A stretch of DNA of 9,588 nt from a virus (IMGVR_UViG_2690316346_000013), one strand, 5' to 3'; shown: positions 1 to 6,738, counted from the stretch's first letter. Translations and numbers: made by a program. The notes: generated by a model from the letters alone, not told the origin.

Positions 1-45
1 AAAAAAAGAACAAATGGTAGTGTCCGCTATTGCCAGTACACCTCA
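1..45 (+). mobile_element. IS600 (IS3 family) right-end fragment, cut by the window edge
   Basis: Bases 1..45 are identical to the last 45 bp of the complete element (3265..3309) and of the truncated copy (5939..5983), ending in the terminal ...CCTCA. A further IS copy probably lies just upstream of the window. Confidence 0.6.
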
Positions 46-172
46 GGGTATAAGGGGTTATGGCCACCGGACTACCAAACGGCTGCCAGCCCTCTTTCAG
101 TTTATGTGTCAGCTTTTCCGCAAGATCTGACGGCGGCGCCGCCCTGACAACATCATAGTGTTTAAATGCCAT
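1..172 (-). CDS. Small hypothetical protein (MAFKHYDVVRAAPPSDLAEKLTHKLKEGWQPFGSPV...), partial copy running off the window; its 3' end reads into IS600 sequence
   Basis: Same sequence as 5937..6110. The ATG at 172..170 has a GGTGGAAAG purine tract upstream. The native reading frame is interrupted at the IS boundary (45/46). Confidence 0.3.
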   Translation of the reverse strand, partial: MAFKHYDVVRAAPPSDLAEKLTHKLKEGWQPFGSPVAITPYTLRCTGNSGHYHLFFF

Positions 173-432
173 GGTTCTTTCCACCATCTGAAAAATAATT
201 CTTTAAAATACCTGACATGTAATACAGAAAAAACACAAAACCATACCTTAAATAAAAACCTGATTATCAAGCAGATATGCATGGATAAACTACAAGACGA
301 GATATAAACCACCCTGCATTTAAATAAACAATAAACAACATCAGAAAAATAATTCTGCTCTATGGTTTACATTCAAAAATATCATTTATACTTTTCAGAA
401 CATCACCAGCAAGGCATAAACAAGGAAACTAA

Positions 433-768
433 ATGAAGTGGATTGTGATTGATACAGTTATCCAGCCATCATGCGGAATATCTTTTTCAGTCATATGGAG
501 TAAAATAAAATTAATAATCTGGTATCAATCGGATGCTTTCTTACCTCCTGAAAGTATATTTACACTGACTCACACAGGCATCATGCTCAATAACAAAGTG
601 CTACCTGTAACCATTTACAACGTAGTACCATTCAATAAAACATTCTGGAATTCAATCAAAAATAGCCAGGAATGCCCTACAAATACAGATAACGTATTGA
701 ATGAATGCTTTAATAACCGTTGCACTCTGCAAATATGTCCTTATGGACTAAAACAACAAAGTCCATAA
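433..768 (+). CDS. Hypothetical 111-aa protein, Cys-containing C-terminal region, no family recognised
   Basis: ORF-track ORF with a good RBS (AAGGAA about 6 nt before the ATG). It follows a long AT-rich intergenic region and is followed by a perfect 8-bp GC hairpin. Codon usage is AT-rich, with 6 AUA codons by my count. Duplicated at 6371..6706. Confidence 0.5.
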   Translation: MKWIVIDTVIQPSCGISFSVIWSKIKLIIWYQSDAFLPPESIFTLTHTGIMLNNKVLPVTIYNVVPFNKTFWNSIKNSQECPTNTDNVLNECFNNRCTLQICPYGLKQQSP

Positions 769-800
769 GGAGTTTACTCACATCTGACAAAATCAATATA

Positions 801-1025
801 AACAGCCCCTCCGGAGAGGGGCTGGAGAGTGGCGCTATGTGCCATTGCATGGTGCCGGGTGCCTCCCGGTGAATTCAGTACCAGCACCTGAATCCGCGAT
901 TATCCCATATACCTACTCGCTGATTGCCCCTCCGCACAGGGGGATTCACCATGCCAGTTTCTTTTAACAAACTCCCCGCAAACCAGACAACAGTCAACCG
1001 CCTGAATTGTGAAGTATTTAAAAAT
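801..1025. repeat. Hairpin-dense ~225-bp element, copy A (also 3497..3718 and 6739..6963)
   Basis: Four consecutive GC-rich stem-loops: 804..823 (agcccctc-cgga-gaggggct, perfect 8-bp stem), 855..869, 873..893 and 927..942, in otherwise AT-rich DNA. The copy at 3497..3718 differs by a handful of substitutions and a 1-nt deletion in the first stem, and has different flanks on both sides. Confidence 0.6.
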
Positions 1026-1048
1026 TTCTCCCGCTAACTGATACCCGG

Positions 1049-1135
1049 CTAACAGTCTGGCGTTTTCTTTTTCAGCAACGGGAAAGCAACAACCACCACA
1101 CCCGCCACCAGCACACCGTCAGCCAGCACTGACAT
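1049..1135 (-). CDS. Candidate small hydrophobic peptide (28 aa, MSVLADGVLVAGVVVVAFPLLKKKTPDC)
   Basis: Found by manual translation; it is below the ORF-track size cutoff. One predicted transmembrane-like helix followed by KKK. The SD is weak. An in-frame GTG upstream would give a 44-aa product. Duplicated at 6987..7073. Confidence 0.25.
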   Translation of the reverse strand: MSVLADGVLVAGVVVVAFPLLKKKTPDC

Positions 1136-1215
1136 TATCCGGCTGCTGCAATGCCATTCACAAAAACAGTAAGCAATCACTTTTTACCGTAACAGGTGAT
1201 AATCCAGATATGTAT

Positions 1216-1569
1216 CTACCCCAGATGAGTAATCCGAAGTTCATCCATACCACAGGTCCTGGCTATTCTGTTGTACTCCTGAACAAGAGCAAATAATTCT
1301 GAATTAGCAACCATGAACTCATCGCAAACCCTCTGTATAGCATCACTATTCAGAATAATAACGTCTCTTCCCGAAAGACGATCAGGAGTACAGAACAAAA
1401 CTGTCAAACGGCTGAAGGCCTTTGCTCGTGCTGCATTGACTATATCAATACGCTGCCTAAGGATGAAACACCCCGACGCCTCATCAATATTCACTCTACC
1501 CACACCATATGAATGATAAATATTTAATGCTGAAAAAACCATTAGACCGTATAACAAACACTCAATCAA
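1216..1569 (-). CDS. Hypothetical 117-aa protein, TTG start (internal ATG at codon 10 possible)
   Basis: ORF-track ORF whose translation looks protein-like (…[33 protein letters not shown]…). It is rich in rare Arg/Ile codons (AGA, AGG, AUA). Duplicated at 7154..7507. Start codon is uncertain. Confidence 0.4.
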
Positions 1570-1772
1570 TACTTAACAGAACTTTTATTAGTGCCAACTA
1601 TAAAGTGCTAGAATATTTTATCAATAATGGATTGGTTGATGTAAACAAAAAATTTCAAAAAGCAAATAGTGGGGACACTATGCTTGACAATGCAATGAAA
1701 AGCAAAGATTCAAAAATGATTGATTTTTTATTAAAAAATGGAGCAATATTAGGCAAACGATTTGAGATATGA
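1509..1772 (+). CDS. Ankyrin-repeat ORF fragment (87 aa), probably truncated or chimeric
   Basis: The translation contains ankyrin-like repeats: ...[22 protein letters not shown]... and [28 protein letters not shown] (G-x-T-x-L-x-x-A...LL-x-x-GA pattern). Only the first 81 nt lie inside the duplicated block; the repeats are encoded in unique DNA at 1590..1772. The start overlaps the 117-aa ORF on the opposite strand. Confidence 0.4.
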
Positions 1773-2109
1773 CCTAAAAGCTCGGCCAAATAATAATGTC
1801 GTCGATTATCGAAGTCATCATGAGTGATTCTGTCCCCACAGTGCAGCATCAGCATGACAGTGAATTGTCTGGCGTGGTCCATTTAATGAGATGGAGATGG
1901 TCCCTCTTTCCTAAATAGCTGTGCCTAATACCGCTACACTTTTGCCAGCCCATGTTTGCCTCCGGGGAATGGGCTGACGGTTCCTTCAAAATCCATTGCA
2001 CGCAGTTATGTCGGAGCGGGAACTTGACTCCCGTCTTTACGGGAGTGAGGTAGCCTGAGTTTAACGGACACTCCTTCCTGAAATAGAATGGCATCAGAAG
2101 GAGCCAATA

Positions 2110-2412
2110 ATGAGCAGAAAAACCCAACGTTACTCTACGGAGTTTAAAGCCGAAGCCGTCAAAACGGTTCCTGAAAATCAGCTTTCGATCAGTGAAGGCG
2201 CTTCCCGATTATCTCTTCCTGAAGGCACTTTAGGACAATGGGTTACCGCCGCAAGAAAAGGGCTCAATACACCAGGCTCCCGCACAGTGGCTGAGCTGGA
2301 ATCTGAAGTTATGCAACTGCGTAAGGCTTTAAATGAAGCACGACTTGAGCGAGATATATTAAAAAAAGCAACAGCGTATTTTGCACAGGAGTCGCTGAAA
2401 AATACGCGTTAA
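2110..2412 (+). CDS. IS600 transposase OrfA (HTH DNA-binding part), 100 aa
   Basis: RBS GAAGGAG before the ATG. N-terminal HTH followed by a leucine-zipper-like region, typical of IS3-family OrfA. Ends just after the A7G frameshift motif. Confidence 0.85.
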   Translation: MSRKTQRYSTEFKAEAVKTVPENQLSISEGASRLSLPEGTLGQWVTAARKGLNTPGSRTVAELESEVMQLRKALNEARLERDILKKATAYFAQESLKNTR

Positions 2413-2447
2413 TCGAACAATGGCGACAACAATTTCCCATTGAAGCG

Positions 2448-3266
2448 ATGTGTCAGGTATTTGGTGTATCCAGGAGCGGTTATTACAACTGGGTACAGCA
2501 TGAACCCTCAGACAGAAAACAAAGTGATGAGCGGCTAAAACTGGAGATTAAGGTGGCACATATCCGCACTCGCGAAACATATGGAACCCGGCGGCTCCAG
2601 ACGGAGCTGGCAGAGAATGGCATCATCGTTGGTCGTGACCGACTGGCACGTCTTCGTAAGGAGCTAAGGCTACGCTGTAAGCAGAAACGCAAGTTCAGAG
2701 CGACTACGAACTCGAACCACAATCTGCCAGTTGCGCCAAATCTGCTGAACCAGACGTTCGCTCCTACAGCACCAAATCAGGTCTGGGTGGCGGACCTGAC
2801 GTATGTTGCCACACAGGAGGGATGGTTGTACCTCGCTGGCATCAAAGATGTTTATACGTGCGAAATTGTCGGCTACGCCATGGGAGAGCGCATGACAAAA
2901 GAGCTGACAGGTAAAGCCCTGTTTATGGCGCTCAGGAGCCAGCGCCCACCTGCCGGGCTAATCCACCACTCTGATCGAGGTTCACAGTACTGCGCATACG
3001 ATTACCGGGTCATACAGGAGCAGTCTGGTCTGAAAACATCAATGTCGCGTAAAGGTAACTGTTACGACAACGCTCCGATGGAAAGCTTCTGGGGAACGCT
3101 GAAAAATGAGAGCCTGAGCCACTATCGTTTTAATAACCGGGATGAAGCCATCTCAGTAATACGGGAATACATTGAGATTTTCTACAATCGTCAGCGTCGT
3201 CACTCTCGTCTGGGGAATATCTCCCCGGCAGCCTTCAGGGAAAAATATCATCAGATGGCTGCTTAA
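2448..3266 (+). CDS. IS600 transposase OrfB (DDE catalytic domain), 272 aa as annotated; normally expressed as an OrfAB fusion by -1 frameshifting
   Basis: The orfB frame is open upstream to the A7G site at 2361..2368. The protein looks like an rve-type integrase core (…WVADLTYV… HHSDRGSQY… CYDNAPMESFWGTLK…). Confidence 0.85.
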   Translation: MCQVFGVSRSGYYNWVQHEPSDRKQSDERLKLEIKVAHIRTRETYGTRRLQTELAENGIIVGRDRLARLRKELRLRCKQKRKFRATTNSNHNLPVAPNLLNQTFAPTAPNQVWVADLTYVATQEGWLYLAGIKDVYTCEIVGYAMGERMTKELTGKALFMALRSQRPPAGLIHHSDRGSQYCAYDYRVIQEQSGLKTSMSRKGNCYDNAPMESFWGTLKNESLSHYRFNNRDEAISVIREYIEIFYNRQRRHSRLGNISPAAFREKYHQMAA

Positions 3267-3496
3267 AAAAAGAACAAATGGTAGTGTCCGCTATTGCCAG
3301 TACACCTCAGGATAGCGGTCATGTGATGCCGGTTTCCCGGTAACTCAGCACCGGTATCTGAGTCAACGTTTTCTCTACTGGGTCATTTCCGATACGCCCT
3401 GCCTGCTGACAGGCTTTCATCACATCTGAAAATATAGCACCCTGACTGATACTGTAGTACCTAAGGTTCCAGAAACTGTGATGTATCCGGCACAGA

Positions 3497-3718
3497 AAAG
3501 CCCCTCCGGAGAGGGCTGGAGAGTGGCGCTATGTGCCATTGCATGATGCCGGGTGCCTCCCGGTGAATTCAGTACCAGCACCTGAATCCGCGATTATCCC
3601 ATATACCTACTCGCTGATTGCCCCTCCGCACAGGGGGATTCACCATGCCAGTTTCTTTTAACAAACTCCCCGCAAAACAGACAACTGTCAACCGTCTGAA
3701 TTGTGAGACATTTAAAAA
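3497..3718. repeat. Hairpin-dense ~222-bp element, copy C (diverged copy of 801..1025)
   Basis: Alignable with 801..1025 across its whole length. Differences include gagaggggct to gagagggct, catggtg to catgatg, aaaccagacaacagtc to aaaacagacaactgtc, and gaagta to gagaca. It abuts the tRNA operon terminator. Confidence 0.6.
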
Positions 3719-3739
3719 AAAGGCCCGCAAAAGCGAGCC
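3714..3739 (-). terminator. Rho-independent terminator of the tRNA cluster (minus strand)
   Basis: On the minus strand: a 7-bp stem (ggcucgc / gcgggcc, one G.U pair) with a 4-nt loop, followed by a run of 8 U, starting 14 nt past the tRNA-Arg 3' end. Absent from the second tRNA copy. Confidence 0.55.
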
Positions 3740-3753
3740 AGGGAAAATAAGTG

Positions 3754-3830
3754 TGGCGCGTTGTACTGGATTCGAACCAGTGACCGATTGCTTAGAAGGC
3801 AATTGCTCTGTCCGGCTGAGCTAACAACGC
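3754..3830 (-). tRNA. tRNA-Arg (anticodon UCU), phage-type
   Basis: Manual cloverleaf, 77 nt: acceptor GCGTTGT/ACAACGC, D-arm GCTC...GAGC, anticodon arm ATTGC-CTTCTAA-GCAAT, T-arm ACTGG-TTCGAAT-CCAGT, then G-CCA. Confidence 0.8.
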
Positions 3831-3843
3831 ATGATGCAGATAA

Positions 3844-3920
3844 TGGACCGCCATCGGGGACTTGAACCCCGCGCAGCCAGCTTCGAAGGCTGGCGCTCTT
3901 TCCTGATGAGCTAATGGCGG
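3844..3920 (-). tRNA. tRNA-Arg (anticodon UCG), phage-type
   Basis: Manual cloverleaf, 77 nt: acceptor CCGCCAT/ATGGCGG (unusual C1-G72), D-arm GCTC...GAGC, anticodon arm CCAGC-CTTCGAA-GCTGG, T-arm CGGGG-TTCAAGT-CCCCG, then T-CCA. Confidence 0.7.
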
Positions 3921-3927
3921 TATGTGA

Positions 3928-4003
3928 TGGTGGCCCTTGCTGGATTTGAACCAGCGACCTGGCGATTATGAGTCGCTCGCTCTCACCACTGAGCTAAAGG
4001 GCC
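3928..4003 (-). tRNA. tRNA-Ile2-like (anticodon CAU, ileX/ileZ type, probably lysidine-modified to read AUA); tRNA-Met not excluded
   Basis: 76 nt. Strongly resembles E. coli ileX as I recall it (GGCCC.TTAGCTCAGTGGT.AGAGC..GCGACTCATAATCGC..GGTCGCTGGTTCAA.TCCAGCA.GGGCCACCA). Anticodon loop is CTCATAA. Confidence 0.8.
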
Positions 4004-4043
4004 GGGAGCCGCATAATAACGACGCGTAATTAATTCTTCAATA

Positions 4044-4844
4044 TCATCCGTTCTGGCTGACTAAATCCTGTACTTCCCGAACCGTCTGCTCAAAACGTTC
4101 AGTCTCCAGCTCAACGCCAATTGCACGACGCCCGAGCGCCAGTGCCGCTTTCACTGTCGAACCCAACCCCATGAAAAAATCTGCAATCAGGTCACCCGGA
4201 CGACTGCTAGCGCTGATTATCTGCTGCAGCATTTCTGCCGGTTTTTCGCACGGATGTTTCCCGGGATAGAACTGCACCGGTTTATGCGTCCACACATCGG
4301 TATACGGCACCTGCACCGTCACGCCAAAATACCGCCGCAGATGTTTATATTCACTCAGCAGCTCCGCATACTGCCGGTTCAGTGAGGTATACGTATCCAC
4401 CAGCTGGTGGTGGAGCTTTTCCAGTTCACCACGCCGATGCTTCTCTTCTGCCACCCGGGCAAACAGCGCCTGTAATTTCAGATAATCGCTTTCATTCGGC
4501 AACTGCCACTGACCGGCACTGAACCAGTGCGACACCATGTTTTTCTTTCCTGTGGCATCTGCAATCTGTTTTGCCGTTATCCCCAGGGCAGCTCGCGCAT
4601 CACGAAAGTAAGAAATCAGCGGGGCCATCACATGCTGTTTCAGTGCACTGCCCTTCGCCGCATACCCGGCATCTTTCGGACGATACGGCCCCTGATAATG
4701 TTCCGCGAACAGAATGCGCTCTGTGGCGGGGAAATACGCCCGCAGGCTTTCCTTGTTGCATCCGTTCCAGCGTCCGGACGGCTTCGCCCAGATAATATGG
4801 TTCAGCACACTGAAGCGTTCACGCATCATGATTTCGATATCAGA
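4044..4844 (-). pseudogene. 5'-truncated copy of the DNA methyltransferase (N-terminal ~87 codons including the DPPY motif replaced by IS600)
   Basis: Matches codons ~88..352 of the intact gene at 7908..8966. Homology stops at 4844, one base before IS600-derived sequence. No start codon or catalytic motif IV remains. Confidence 0.75.
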
Positions 4845-4845
4845 A

Positions 4846-5983
4846 TGAAAATCAACTTTCGATCAGTGAAGGCGCTTCCCGATTATCTCTTCCTGAAGGC
4901 ACTTTAGGACAATGGGTTACCGCCGCCAGAAAAGGGCTCGGTACTCCTGGTTCCCGCACGGTGGCTGAACTGGAATCTGAAATTCTGCAACTGCGTAAGG
5001 CGTTAAATGAAGCTCGCCTTGAGCGAGATATATTAAAAAAAGCAACAGCGTATTTTGCACAGGAGTCGCTGAAAAATACGCGTTAATCGAACAATGGCGA
5101 CAACAATTTCCCATTGAAGCGATGTGTCAGGTATTTGGTGTATCCAGGAGCGGTTATTACAACTGGGTACAGCATGAACCCTCAGACAGAAAACAAAGTG
5201 ATGAGCGGCTAAAACTGGAGATTAAGGTGGCACATATCCGCACTCGCGAAACATATGGAACCCGGCGGCTCCAGACGGAGCTGGCAGAGAATGGCATCAT
5301 CGTTGGTCGTGACCGACTGGCACGTCTTCGTAAGGAGCTAAGGCTACGCTGTAAGCAGAAACGCAAGTTCAGAGCGACTACGAACTCGAACCACAATCTG
5401 CCAGTTGCGCCAAATCTGCTGAACCAGACGTTCGCTCCTACAGCACCAAATCAGGTCTGGGTGGCGGACCTGACGTATGTTGCCACACAGGAGGGATGGT
5501 TGTACCTCGCTGGCATCAAAGATGTTTATACGTGCGAAATTGTCGGCTACGCCATGGGAGAGCGCATGACAAAAGAGCTGACAGGTAAAGCCCTGTTTAT
5601 GGCGCTCAGGAGCCAGCGCCCACCTGCCGGGCTAATCCACCACTCTGATCGAGGTTCACAGTACTGCGCATACGATTACCGGGTCATACAGGAGCAGTCT
5701 GGTCTGAAAACATCAATGTCGCGTAAAGGTAACTGTTACGACAACGCTCCGATGGAAAGCTTCTGGGGAACGCTGAAAAATGAGAGCCTGAGCCACTATC
5801 GTTTTAATAACCGGGATGAAGCCATCTCAGTAATACGGGAATACATTGAGATTTTCTACAATCGTCAGCGTCGTCACTCTCGTCTGGGGAATATCTCCCC
5901 GGCAGCCTTCAGGGAAAAATATCATCAGATGGCTGCTTAAAAAAAGAACAAATGGTAGTGTCCGCTATTGCCAGTACACCTCA
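4846..5983 (+). mobile_element. 5'-truncated IS600 (equivalent to positions ~127..1264; left inverted repeat and orfA start missing)
   Basis: From ~5030 to the end it is identical to the full copy. The first ~180 bp (4846..~5030) differ at about 14 positions from the full copy and encode the OrfA variant ...GLGTPGSRTVAELESEILQ..., i.e. a mosaic of two IS600 isoforms. Confidence 0.8.
5122..5940 (+). CDS. IS600 transposase OrfB (second copy), 272 aa; the upstream orfA is only a start-less fragment (4846..5086)
   Basis: Protein identical to the orfB product at 2448..3266. Confidence 0.8.
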   Translation: MCQVFGVSRSGYYNWVQHEPSDRKQSDERLKLEIKVAHIRTRETYGTRRLQTELAENGIIVGRDRLARLRKELRLRCKQKRKFRATTNSNHNLPVAPNLLNQTFAPTAPNQVWVADLTYVATQEGWLYLAGIKDVYTCEIVGYAMGERMTKELTGKALFMALRSQRPPAGLIHHSDRGSQYCAYDYRVIQEQSGLKTSMSRKGNCYDNAPMESFWGTLKNESLSHYRFNNRDEAISVIREYIEIFYNRQRRHSRLGNISPAAFREKYHQMAA

Positions 5984-6110
5984 GGGTATAAGGGGTTATG
6001 GCCACCGGACTACCAAACGGCTGCCAGCCCTCTTTCAGTTTATGTGTCAGCTTTTCCGCAAGATCTGACGGCGGCGCCGCCCTGACAACATCATAGTGTT
6101 TAAATGCCAT
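5937..6110 (-). CDS. Small hypothetical protein (MAFKHYDVVRAAPPSDLAEKLTHKLKEGWQPFGSPVAITPYTL...), 3' end fused to IS600 end sequence
   Basis: ATG at 6110..6108 with an upstream GGTGGAAAG tract; an alternative upstream ATG is at 6125. Native sequence ends at the IS600 boundary (5983/5984); the last ~14 codons are IS-derived. Confidence 0.3.
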   Translation of the reverse strand: MAFKHYDVVRAAPPSDLAEKLTHKLKEGWQPFGSPVAITPYTLRCTGNSGHYHLFFF

Positions 6111-6370
6111 GGTTCTTTCCACCATCTGAAAAATAATTCTTTAAAATACCTGACATGTAATACAGAAAAAACACAAAACCATACCTTAAATAAAAACCTG
6201 ATTATCAAGCAGATATGCATGGATAAACTACAAGACGAGATATAAACCACCCTGCATTTAAATAAACAATAAACAACATCAGAAAAATAATTCTGCTCTA
6301 TGGTTTACATTCAAAAATATCATTTATACTTTTCAGAACATCACCAGCAAGGCATAAACAAGGAAACTAA

Positions 6371-6706
6371 ATGAAGTGGATTGTGATTGATACAGTTATC
6401 CAGCCATCATGCGGAATATCTTTTTCAGTCATATGGAGTAAAATAAAATTAATAATCTGGTATCAATCGGATGCTTTCTTACCTCCTGAAAGTATATTTA
6501 CACTGACTCACACAGGCATCATGCTCAATAACAAAGTGCTACCTGTAACCATTTACAACGTAGTACCATTCAATAAAACATTCTGGAATTCAATCAAAAA
6601 TAGCCAGGAATGCCCTACAAATACAGATAACGTATTGAATGAATGCTTTAATAACCGTTGCACTCTGCAAATATGTCCTTATGGACTAAAACAACAAAGT
6701 CCATAA
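6371..6706 (+). CDS. Hypothetical 111-aa protein (duplicate of 433..768)
   Basis: Sequence identical to 433..768, with the same RBS and the same downstream hairpin. Confidence 0.5.
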   Translation: MKWIVIDTVIQPSCGISFSVIWSKIKLIIWYQSDAFLPPESIFTLTHTGIMLNNKVLPVTIYNVVPFNKTFWNSIKNSQECPTNTDNVLNECFNNRCTLQICPYGLKQQSP

Positions 6707-6738
6707 GGAGTTTACTCACATCTGACAAAATCAATATA

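Larger units (their letters stand above)
1..1589. repeat. Copy 1 of a 1,589-bp segmental duplication (identical to 5939..7527, offset 5938)
   Basis: Spot comparisons along the whole length (for example 1..60, 781..1030, 1201..1260, 1501..1589) show no differences. Identity ends abruptly at 1589/7527, where the flanks diverge (agtgccaac... versus tttgacaaac...). Confidence 0.85.
2046..3309 (+). mobile_element. Complete IS600 (IS3 family), 1,264 bp
   Basis: Terminal TG...CA with imperfect inverted repeats (left TGAGGTAGCC...CGGACAC; right, as reverse complement, TGAGGTGTACTGG...CGGACAC). orfA and orfB are in a -1 relationship with an A7G slippery run at 2361..2368. The OrfA sequence matches my recollection of IS600 OrfA (MSRKTQRYS.EFKAEAV...). 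The 3-bp flanks (gag / gat) do not form a target-site duplication. Confidence 0.8.
3754..4844. repeat. Copy 1 of the tRNA-methyltransferase module duplication (matches 7618..8708, offset 3864)
   Basis: Near-identical to the second copy. The one difference I found is at 3761 (t) versus 7625 (c). Homology ends at 4844, where IS600 sequence begins. Confidence 0.8.

Noticed and set aside
109-312. 67-aa minus-strand ORF in the AT-rich intergenic region (also 6047..6250)
   Set aside because: Lies in the promoter-like AT-rich spacer, overlaps the better-supported small ORF in another frame, and has a low-complexity translation.
938-952. Possible ERIC/IRU-type enterobacterial repeat (shared GGGGATTCAC-like core)
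   Set aside because: Only about a 10-nt match to the ERIC core as I remember it. The element is longer and has a different hairpin architecture. Insufficient to call.
951-1037. 28-codon plus-strand micro-ORF (MPVSFNKLPANQTTVNRLNCEVFKNFSR) inside the hairpin element
   Set aside because: In the diverged copy (from 3645) the frame reads through to a different, much longer C-terminus across the terminator and tRNA. The coding frame is not conserved, so the element is more likely non-coding.
1313-1516. 67-aa plus-strand ORF overlapping the 117-aa minus-strand ORF (also 7251..7454)
   Set aside because: Fully embedded antisense to the longer ORF. I cannot exclude that the plus strand is the real coding strand, but its translation is less protein-like and it has no RBS.
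1655-2127. Minus-strand ORFs of 75 and 92 aa between the ankyrin ORF and IS600
   Set aside because: One overlaps the ankyrin ORF antisense and the other crosses the IS600 left end, so it is a junction artefact.
2483-2722. 79-aa minus-strand ORF inside IS600 orfB (also 5157..5396)
   Set aside because: Antisense to a well-supported transposase gene, with a low-complexity Ser/Arg-rich translation. A typical shadow ORF.
3310-3753. Shiga-toxin-type cargo downstream of the Ile/Arg/Arg phage tRNA triplet
   Set aside because: I looked specifically for stxA/stxB-like ORFs because this tRNA triplet precedes stx in Stx phages. No ORF here resembles either subunit.
3569-3824. ORFs overlapping the tRNA genes (3569..3802 minus, 3618..3824 plus, 7529..7729 plus)
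   Set aside because: They run through tRNA genes and the intrinsic terminator. The plus-strand one exists only because a stop present in the other element copy is lost. Not conserved between copies.
5846-6085. 79-aa plus-strand ORF spanning the IS600 right end into flanking DNA
   Set aside because: Starts inside orfB in another frame and crosses the IS boundary. A read-through artefact.
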